A stretch of 64,000 nucleotides of DNA, taken from the NCBI GenBank assembly GCA_964387845.1, contig CAYLXA010000001.1:256001-320000 (forward strand). Reading direction: 5' to 3'. This stretch comes from an uncultured bacterium. GTDB lineage: Bacteria; Omnitrophota; Omnitrophia; Omnitrophales; Abzuiibacteriaceae. Shown here in pieces: positions 60,001 through 64,000 of the stretch. The first letter of the stretch is position 1. Each line of letters begins with the position of its first letter. Below the pieces are notes generated by a model that did no database searches, was not told where the DNA came from, and was given only the letters and a program-made list of their open reading frames with translations. The position numbers and the translations under genes are program-made.

Positions 60001-63000
60001 GCCTGTTTTGCGAAGTCTTTCTGACAAATAATCACGCAATCTTTTGTAATACAAAATTCCGGGCGCAATATTGAGCCGCGTGCTGATCAAAAAAGTTCCT
60101 GGCGCGATAATTCCCATCAAAATAAAAAACAAGGCAGCATTTGAAATGAGAGGATAAATGGTAAAAACGCCGAACCCGACCAGAAACGCGAAAGCGGTCG
60201 GCGCCACCCAAGCATAAATGGGCCTTGGCGGCTTTCTAAGGCCTTTCAAAATGCGTGGATTCATCGTGACAATGTCGAGAGCATCTGCAATGCTGATCCC
60301 GAGTGCGCGCCGCACTTTGGCAATTTCGGAAATTTTCATGCGGCTCAGGCGCGTGGCTTTCATAAATTTCTGAACCGCCATGAGTTTGTCAAAAGCGTCT
60401 TTTTTAAGACTGTCCCGCACCGCTTTGTCTTCGGAAAGCCTGCGCATAGCTTCTTGATTTGAGGCTGACCAGACTACGGCAATAACTTCTTCCGTTTTTT
60501 TCCGCTGGTCAGGCGAAAGTTTATCCAAAAACTTAAGCACATTGACGAGATCGCCGTCTTTAACGGACACGTTGTACAGAATTTCTTCAAAAAAGTACCG
60601 CAAATTCCGGTTTGGACTTGGAAAATATTCGAGCAACTTTTCAAGTTTCGCGATTGCGCGCGGAGGATAGCTCATTTTCTGCGCAACGGGATTTTCATTA
60701 ATTTCAGCGAGAATGGTTTCGATAAATTTTGGATATGCGCGGAGCTCGGATCGCTGCTCATCGGTTTTTTTTGCGATTGCCCTCCTTTCAGACTTATGCT
60801 GAAACCACCACATTCCTCCAAAAAGAAGCAGAAGCGGCGGGATCAAGGAAGCATTGTCCGTAAGCCAGGCAACGGGCCCGGTCACAACAAGAACAAGCGA
60901 GGCTGTAATTGCCTTAAGAAAATATTGTTTCCGGAACTTAAACCACCACGTTTTATACTGAGTCGGAAAAATCTTAACGCGGTTCGATGGTTGAATTAAA
61001 TCCGTTACATAACCAATCACTTCACCTTTTGGGAAAGCATACTCCAAAGGCTCGACCGGATACCCATAAACGTCTAAATATTGTTTTTGGGAAGGATCGG
61101 CATATTCGATCGATACAAGCTCGGGCTGTTTGCCGGATTTCTTAACATAATCGACAAGCCTCTTAGGCCCTTGATTGAGCGGATAAGCAAAATAAAGAAC
61201 TGATTTAAATCCGCATGCCCGGGCATAGTTCTCGATGATTTTTTGAATTCCCTTCGCCTTTGCATCAAAAATTCGCCCCTCCACACCGTCCACAAATAAA
61301 ATCGGCTGTTCTTTTCCGTCTTGATCCTTATAAATCGCGGCGGCGATTCTGGCCCGTACCCGGCGGCCTTCGCGCGTACGGAAATCAATCGCTGAAATAC
61401 TTTTGTTGTGCAAATAATTAAACGGGCCCAGCGCACCTTTTGTTCTCCGGTTTAATTTGTCAAGCCACGTGTTGCCGCGAAGCGACGCCGAAGAAAAGAA
61501 ATCCTTTTGATTGGTTAAATCAAACCACGGATCGCGCCGCCAAATCCGGGCTTCTACAATTGAGTCCGGTAAATTTCCCCAATCGTCAATCTTGGAGATA
61601 CTTTTCTGAAGGTATTGATTGGCCTTCGCGGCATTGGGGTTTACATATTGGCCCAGCTCTTGCAGCAACTTTTTTCCTTCCTCGACAGGCAATTCACCTC
61701 TTTTATTCCTGGCCAATTCTTCTTTGTGCGCATTGAAAAATTGAGTGACCGACTTCTTACCCTCCTTTAAATTGGGCGTGTACTGTCCGGGCTTAAACTG
61801 GCGGTCTTCGGTTGAACCCAAAAAATCCCTGAGTATTTTCTGGATAAACTCGGGGATGGTTTGATTTTCCGCGTCTTCGAATTCCCCTGCCGGTACTTTT
61901 TCAATATTATCCCCGCGAATTTGATAATAGACTTTGTAATCCGGATTATCCCAATTTTCGTTGATGCCGACCGATTTGAGACGCTCCATGGTTTGAATCG
62001 CTGCCTCGGTCTGGTCAAACCATTGCCGGTAACTTCGCCGCTTAAGCATGGAGGCCAGATCCAACGCGGAAATTGTTTTCCACGAAAAAATGAACATTCG
62101 TTTCGCAAATACCGCCAAAATGTAAACCAAGGCTGTGAAACCTGACGCCACAAACAAGCTTTCAATCCATCCTGCGGGATCAGAATTGTTGATCATTTCC
62201 CTAATATTTAAGCTTGCTAAATTTCCATCCATCCAAAAAGAAATAGCGGAATAGAAAATTGTGAGCGCTGCGCGTTGAACCGAAGCATAGAAATATCCAA
62301 TAACGCCAGTGAAGGAAACCGCGAGAAGATGCAGCCACGGGTTCTGAATGAGCGCCGTACGGGCGTGCGCAATCCGTGCGCGTTCTAATTTTTCTTCGTT
62401 AATTTTGTTCAAGTCAATCTTTAAACTTTTAAACTTTTTCCACAAAAATTTCAGCTCCGGGAAACCGTCTTTCTCCATCCGCTCGTCGATTTCGGCAATG
62501 GTGAGATCTGAATTCTCACGCAGTTCACTGGCTGCCTTTGGATTTTTGCTTTTTCCGTTTCCGGAAAAAGCGTTGCGCGTCAGAACACCGATCGTTTTAA
62601 ACACCAGCGCGGTGTTATAAAGTGCCGACCGGTCCCGGATATCGTTTAACTCCAGCTCTATGTCATGCGTGTCCATGCCAAACTTTCCGGTTCCGATACC
62701 CCGCTTTAGAGCGCTTGAGCTGAGAAAACCCGGCTTGGTGTGATGTAAAACACTTTCGATATAATTTTGATCAACTTCCAAAGGTAAGCGCGGCCTTGGC
62801 CCAAACCATTGCATGTCACCGCGGACAATCGACAAGAGCTGCGGAAGCTCATCAAGCCCCGTTCTGCGCAAAAACCATTCGTAAGGCGTAATGCTTTCAT
62901 CTGAAATGTTGAAATCAAGTTTCATGGTTTTAATTTTTCGTATCACAATCGTCTTGCCCTGAAAACCGATTCGCTCTTGAATAAAAAACATGGGGCCGCT

Positions 63001-63996
63001 TGTGATAATTTTCCGGATAAAGGCAAGCAAATAAACCAGCGGAAGAGTTAAAACCCACAAAACGAGCGCTGTGATTCTCCCTGCCGCCTCGGACAGATCA
63101 GGTTTCTTTGCCGCGGGAAGCGATAAAGCATTGGTTTCCTTCAAGCGCAATTCCGAGCGCGCTTTATCGATGTCGTTCGATTGAGAAGCCGAAGTCGGTA
63201 TTTCTCCGGTTGGGTGATTGCTGCTTACCGCATTTGCTTTTCCTTTTGAATGCAAATAAAAGGTGCCGACGGCGGATGTTAAATGTCCCAATCCGGCCAG
63301 AAGCACAACCTCGTTTGAATCTTTTCTGGATCCAAGATACGCGGTTTCTGCCATAAAAGATCCTCTGTCTTTTGCTTTGTCGTTGGGATGTGTCAAATAA
63401 TCAGGGGCGAATAACTGGTGCGACTCGATAGATTTCAACCATTTGGTAAAAAGCAGAATGAGAGAAACCACAAGAAACCACGGTGCAAAAAATGCAGCTA
63501 TTAAACTATCCCGAAGCGAATCCCCATGATCAAATATTTCACTGCCAACCTGCAATTTGTAAAGCAGGCGAAAATTTCGCTCGTGAAAAAATGGGATGCC
63601 TTCTCTCGCTAAGAAATAAGATAACTCCCGTACTTTTTTCTTGTTTAGCAGCATAAATTCAGAACCATGCACAATGCCAATCACATGAAAAGTACGCCCG
63701 CCGATTTTGACCATCTTACCGGAAAAACCAAAGCGTTCCGCAATCGGCGAATCTTGAAATTGCGCCATGGTTTCAGAAGCCGCCTTTCGCCAAATTGGAG
63801 TAGCGAAGTCTGAAAATACTCGGCGGTGATAACCGATATTTTTGCCTAAAAGACCGGCTTTTTTAAATTTCTGAAACAATTCGATGGGTTTTGATGATTC
63901 AATCATCCAAGTTCCGATAGTCCTTTCTGAAATTTTTAATTCACCCGCTCGATCCCAAAATTGTTTCTCAGACGGGTAACGTAAAACATTGATCAA
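48031..63996 (-). CDS. Giant polytopic membrane multidomain protein, at least 5,321 aa (15,966-nt uninterrupted frame). Domains identified from N- to C-terminus: possible TraB-like region, PGT (polyprenyl-phosphate hexose-1-phosphate transferase) domain, several TM clusters, PPDK/PEP-synthase-like ATP-grasp plus PEP-utilizer phospho-His domain, histidine phosphatase (PGAM-like), HPr-like domain, and an unassigned C-terminal ~540 aa
   Basis: Single ORF ending at a stop at 48031. The frame is still open at 63997..64000 (the track start at 63996 is a TTG), so the true 5' end may lie beyond the window. PGT domain: FIQERIGFQGK...TGLDELPQLLSIVRGDMQWFGPRP. PPDK_N region: GLNLIRMTHERIPVPPGV, ARSGSAFMLPGLLATVSNVG, RAYRTRHQISQEWGTVVILQKGVFGN...SGAGHAVLRTLPDGHDVLQGKF. 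Phospho-His domain: AKTISVHAETLAQKEGISAVYG. PGAM-like: LYVIRHGETH. HPr-like: KNRQGVHASPAMF. Confidence 0.85.
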   Translation of the reverse strand: MINVLRYPSEKQFWDRAGELKISERTIGTWMIESSKPIELFQKFKKAGLLGKNIGYHRRVFSDFATPIWRKAASETMAQFQDSPIAERFGFSGKMVKIGGRTFHVIGIVHGSEFMLLNKKKVRELSYFLAREGIPFFHERNFRLLYKLQVGSEIFDHGDSLRDSLIAAFFAPWFLVVSLILLFTKWLKSIESHQLFAPDYLTHPNDKAKDRGSFMAETAYLGSRKDSNEVVLLAGLGHLTSAVGTFYLHSKGKANAVSSNHPTGEIPTSASQSNDIDKARSELRLKETNALSLPAAKKPDLSEAAGRITALVLWVLTLPLVYLLAFIRKIITSGPMFFIQERIGFQGKTIVIRKIKTMKLDFNISDESITPYEWFLRRTGLDELPQLLSIVRGDMQWFGPRPRLPLEVDQNYIESVLHHTKPGFLSSSALKRGIGTGKFGMDTHDIELELNDIRDRSALYNTALVFKTIGVLTRNAFSGNGKSKNPKAASELRENSDLTIAEIDERMEKDGFPELKFLWKKFKSLKIDLNKINEEKLERARIAHARTALIQNPWLHLLAVSFTGVIGYFYASVQRAALTIFYSAISFWMDGNLASLNIREMINNSDPAGWIESLFVASGFTALVYILAVFAKRMFIFSWKTISALDLASMLKRRSYRQWFDQTEAAIQTMERLKSVGINENWDNPDYKVYYQIRGDNIEKVPAGEFEDAENQTIPEFIQKILRDFLGSTEDRQFKPGQYTPNLKEGKKSVTQFFNAHKEELARNKRGELPVEEGKKLLQELGQYVNPNAAKANQYLQKSISKIDDWGNLPDSIVEARIWRRDPWFDLTNQKDFFSSASLRGNTWLDKLNRRTKGALGPFNYLHNKSISAIDFRTREGRRVRARIAAAIYKDQDGKEQPILFVDGVEGRIFDAKAKGIQKIIENYARACGFKSVLYFAYPLNQGPKRLVDYVKKSGKQPELVSIEYADPSQKQYLDVYGYPVEPLEYAFPKGEVIGYVTDLIQPSNRVKIFPTQYKTWWFKFRKQYFLKAITASLVLVVTGPVAWLTDNASLIPPLLLLFGGMWWFQHKSERRAIAKKTDEQRSELRAYPKFIETILAEINENPVAQKMSYPPRAIAKLEKLLEYFPSPNRNLRYFFEEILYNVSVKDGDLVNVLKFLDKLSPDQRKKTEEVIAVVWSASNQEAMRRLSEDKAVRDSLKKDAFDKLMAVQKFMKATRLSRMKISEIAKVRRALGISIADALDIVTMNPRILKGLRKPPRPIYAWVAPTAFAFLVGFGVFTIYPLISNAALFFILMGIIAPGTFLISTRLNIAPGILYYKRLRDYLSERLRKTGHVSAIEKKMQAIGINVSEFEKGRVYENKEKGIRIRIHDKKTLKGAIDFLTSSEAIGNCISLQHFVSWILPSLLSDDGIILADIDHKGSGDAYQHRAQMWMIASEDNGDPVLTVNSFEFNNDGAKYFDELMPEAIQILQDVARRSGFKKIYAGITNYGRDYLDQHYSQGASRNTIKKIHDPEAGFQYHFDAFRYRWLARDFVLKKSRSFTERAYAIIFGLFELTKGNRAKARAFFDSARNARNFWEIPLQGQTAAPQSELLRSELRNQTAQAVNTDPVQTLHALIISKLSVKNIKRFFTVDVLKEFLETQNLNAQGIIKALRGKITLNTSQANQILNLIREFRLLNPDSPSFDVVEWFWVSYWPKLKYLVEKASLNDLNRLEAVETFNQVLRPLSPDFDAAFSFGHKDLISIYDIGKIGTKIADDILIPRGLIVDIVNGSGLLVGKIIKRESQRSAAGRFVPVYTVRLKSRDGKSDSYLSAFAKDRHIVIIEGTDVPSIENFDYYQNLKKLYETGQYQFPNFDQSPVAYLRDWIQMHFYSLGDYGYVAQLYRSGVLEEELSHSDAYVFANEFYKGENDYSTSLYWINVMKAILRPGSLLAHALGGYEGDQQGLLAHAYFEVEAKLNELIRSSYPAQILFPYLNPVLPVSDAMRAALDQEDPLYKVAFVQLLMLLSDEFFGEMTIEPKQWLDFLKKEITDLDRFNRKIREAAKRAYEKQFFTLEERRQILKNRSELRQTAAVTQRSKVDQVMDVIRDLMDQAGSPNKIYDSLTEGDILEALTFLLSPHDSNRFWPRSGSEDRRIYWSKVLPEGFSNRELRELGVELRREWENRGLDKKFGNLNQFLATLIDPYFKDLDEFEKFAGRLDHLLAGGLEDLFYAYWTLGLTQVIHLRPTGLHIEEFDGKEIKKPSDNELLADYVKRFISVVSAWPEERLADIPPSTRKFSQSYPGFTYRNLMLWALSVMLDQDVHDWKFGYRSTDLGVKIFSLKYGARFWPDDTKRRTGKQSMTEYLSRMLTDVPELDQNGVETGRKISNEKIEKLVAEVLSRNESDWVRLGFRSPWDVSEVQASMLIRTIGDRSKNPLRDAVLTLPLPNLQDPELNVGINTSAPVYLKYAPLPRHLIFPTQAAFIHRRKEAVRRRLFFGEPFRTLFPNLKTLTAQKRSELRSDGRTNPMSYKEFEKALRDYQTLMKLSFGRGGKHLSFEQNQAVGARKEAIIDLLKKNSKEHLQNLIREFILKADLPLDKKQSYLWYVSSAMSPDRYRMTDAFFKEHLIPIYLSKTNSPEENRIFLELAAAYFNEHYIKADIHHDLEATFRQASPDDLGKLIHLLLHLRTIGHEFFRELISILLSVSPADPLAAAFVAAQGLVRDIPSEGRKRIEYPQMSLYLLHQPNARAAYFYLMKVIEAERKGGVSTDNSQDRIISYSRRLDNNASYPGEFGRGWFSHFRDGIHRNLNRSDFENTRRVLAYWLTLDESILKESNWTLLRDDMTKDFNPATLQTYSKLLNRFVKALAAKGKISKSDPEAFLDEILDIPEREVVAIYEEANRDEDVSEIDYERVQLMTQLYLAFADHFGTRVATIVPFLKGETEDLRDGGYLKKKMTAITRFMREDYDRLLMLIDSDDHAAIFSAIVKVQNDLKEFLLSGEENQKKVLGQAEKSIGRDGEDSADEDADDIDQEWNDMHEEGDYLYDLRTLVEMSEKLSILASEKIAHVQEKIEKINSVDDLRRELPNLIALGRFIQASGLGGVDFDQLMVELDSGSIKASQLYDLVHTLEAEVHKITRQLNNTMRAAMQYSLDEVGYHDLAKLWREHTSLFKIKTKTEDDQTYQIYDFPPEGKERLEAAVIDELIRNSGATAFDRALMKFDAVLASALSQGQDEAIREDAGAERPDDFEQHLYRFGENETDERPELLSLWSKKGLNLIRMTHERIPVPPGVILSAKLVTKPDIFRSDEFRQKIAAEIERLKRYSEYPDLKLILYARSGSAFMLPGLLATVSNVGMNDAEAEALAQKSGDAWFAYDTYAEFIRSFSINVLGIPEAEFEQVLNVKEKEDLSADGMKAVVEQCKAIVARHGKIIPNDMMDQVMMAVEAVYASWDSEEARAYRTRHQISQEWGTVVILQKGVFGNLKPTDDGKISGAGHAVLRTLPDGHDVLQGKFRFHSIGDQLMSRAGQNYILIGNGERIRPDEQTFEALQPELYAQVFEYARKLKNIFRYNQQFEFTIERGKIWIVQSNDDFVTDQYPEFADSTDNQPIARGHGVSGGAIRGLAANSIEAAEKLLGELVSHPRADVDGVILILDRVNPEMINRIPKGVHILAKTISVHAETLAQKEGISAVYGVPDMVFQPEKHLWLIAGRDIADGDVISMDGHENPLLYHQSGNVYLGSVAIKSRAIRSELRNSEAESAAPKTMLLDAGHDAIRAALQDSDLSFKQLKKLLYLTNRILQAEPWCIHFRELAIPFLTGLLGNKSRAERFADHFSFHQLESAKDALSALGLPDEVILILQELQESPSAPADHENVSSKGARAELRQIVLGYLQGSSAHIRTDVLHGLNSETDWRLARKLYGQLNHFLESHRAGIAIAPLFKMLNAQVFIARSIVRRNGDHLGGVTYHSLHPVLSNVKSIFLSLYAGDHPISYDGPVSDEFLKVRDKDFTYLERLLTHELAETLVEHNQYALPINFERLEHFANKNLPLSIVNIPHDKTAVYQIAKRIYETRLQALERQFGKKKQVLDYSQEEIETQFLSRYSIVSAREFFFEAQSLYWLDPDFVRKHDPVMFQFLSALVYWENGKLVVPTSAIQPDLLMKARVELRKNVSETLQQMGFWVNQSTGQLFYKEPYFPPALDLDLYVIRHGETHIIAEGLRTGRKRFQGSGMDNEGAQLTPKGRVQAQADAEKLFEKFKDQITANPDQFVVIINPLGRVRDTAEPFIRLVREKLGIELKVMIDPDTKEIFQGEWEGLTNEQIKAQFGREQFKAARSYQKWSVLAKPEHGESFAHLIIRAAAFWKRMNEQYRGKTVILFNHAAFSGALQVLKKDMRVVHPEGHIDWRRAGLKTGEITHFTDDYFRAQRAEVLRRDEAHQVHGVRGKNISNEVGTRPTHVYRRWEGWIPVPPKSEQPPREKSGVRSELRNDLENEEPIELPFAVDQSHHSTDLARLEVELHNAELAGDLDTIEEVTARIQAVRAARRGPFQSFPRPPKHRSELRNYTVIGISAGAIGIGVGALLYYSLIKPRRIALDEQQLRIKILLSRTEVLLNRFSSFILSVSDRGNSLAAEANDYYLRILPELRKAKSALKGMKEEHGLLLKEEEEWLAQTSQAIDSYEAFLDHQINEYKKSVTPTDRNMSELREGESNSIEINVTVKNRQGVHASPAMFIVEMAQAALAKNVSVKIKNLNKGSAEWIEADNPMALMTLEAVKDTRLAFQFEFKTDEERISAERFAVAFHELVEVRLFGEDGGELGGSEAFVDEMFKISETELAERFQKLTEPMPGPDAGSQKSELRSVQKLLRNLSHPNFTIRKTRADELGKGNEVGLETLLQYLAEPVIPVDEWKPLIEVAPKNFNPDMLRQSARFAALYVLNWWIERDTGFYIPVLKAVLNQEKSSWTAQSETDINRIYEQNSSNPLGANQPLSLIQIMKLFRRWYSELQMKNRSLTLSENERRSFRHAKYIHRAVRILEEIADREVPVIDAQFYEQAGVKSLTSEHRNFTIAQKTIGSRYDVSIHLEGEINKELLPESLQKIKPIDFQSAIEKSILNQADAFNNTEIGDKVQSEVLGLPLIMAKVQSEVSGETVFNFRVIAKTEKTIAKGRVEVKENPLFRDLQTEIAPVARSEMRRIVSNARSFDNQIVTALQNRSEMREGKVFTRNAFFGEKGSLAVVGRNLSDVYGSYMVIVTNRAELRVIDEINATIANPKNRIVPVEDYHKARAELRNLGLSMAIIGVSDDAVAVPFLEKIADKVIIWNQAFVDHVLSAAAYLVGKFRAQMQVFYSA

Positions 63997-64000
63997 TAGC

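Noticed and set aside
48235-63356. About 45 plus-strand ORFs of 60-137 aa overlapping the megaprotein gene
   Set aside because: All lie antisense to a continuous 15,966-nt frame that carries recognisable domains. They show no motifs and are shadow ORFs.
48031-63996. Possibility that the 16-kb ORF is an artefact (fusion of several genes by frameshift or assembly error) or a pseudogene
   Set aside because: There is not a single in-frame stop in 5,321 codons, and recognisable domains are in one frame throughout. The RSELRN motif recurs along the whole length, which argues for one evolutionary unit. Experimental confirmation is still advisable.

Overview
This is a 64-kb stretch of bacterial chromosome, roughly mid-40s % GC, in which almost every gene is on the minus strand. 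Shine-Dalgarno sequences are present (for example AGAGGAGG before eno, GGAGG before nrdJ). Recognisable housekeeping genes are eno, ftsB-like, an initiator-type tRNA-Met, purN, rsmI, a polyprenyl-PP synthase, a TrmH/SpoU methyltransferase, a dCMP deaminase fusion, era, nrdJ (class II RNR), mnmE, folC, purH and a class-IV aminotransferase. Three accessory regions stand out. (1) At the left end there is a TcB/TcC-like fused RHS cocoon protein of 2,070 aa. It has an SpvB-like N-terminus, an FG-GAP propeller, YD repeats, an RHS core and a 273-aa C-terminal hypervariable tip of unknown toxin type. An Ig-like secreted protein and small candidate immunity genes flank it. (2) A signal-transduction operon encodes a 7TM histidine kinase, five receiver-domain proteins, a SAM methyltransferase and an ACP. 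(3) The right quarter is filled by one uninterrupted ORF of at least 5,321 codons (48031..63996, open at the window edge). Its product is a polytopic membrane megaprotein. It joins a polyprenyl-phosphate sugar-1-phosphate transferase (PGT) domain to a PPDK/PEP-synthase-like ATP-grasp plus phospho-His swivel domain, a histidine-phosphatase (PGAM-like) domain and an HPr-like phosphocarrier domain. A peptide motif R-S-E-L-R-N recurs more than 11 times across the protein, encoded with different codons. Taken together these domains imply an ATP-driven phosphorelay fused to glycan initiation, most simply a glycan or lipid-linked-sugar phosphorylating machine. I regard this megaprotein as the candidate undescribed system. 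Several small structured intergenic repeat families and candidate regulatory sites (NrdR boxes, terminators, a possible sRNA) are also noted. All domain calls come from motifs read by eye in the translations. No database search was run.
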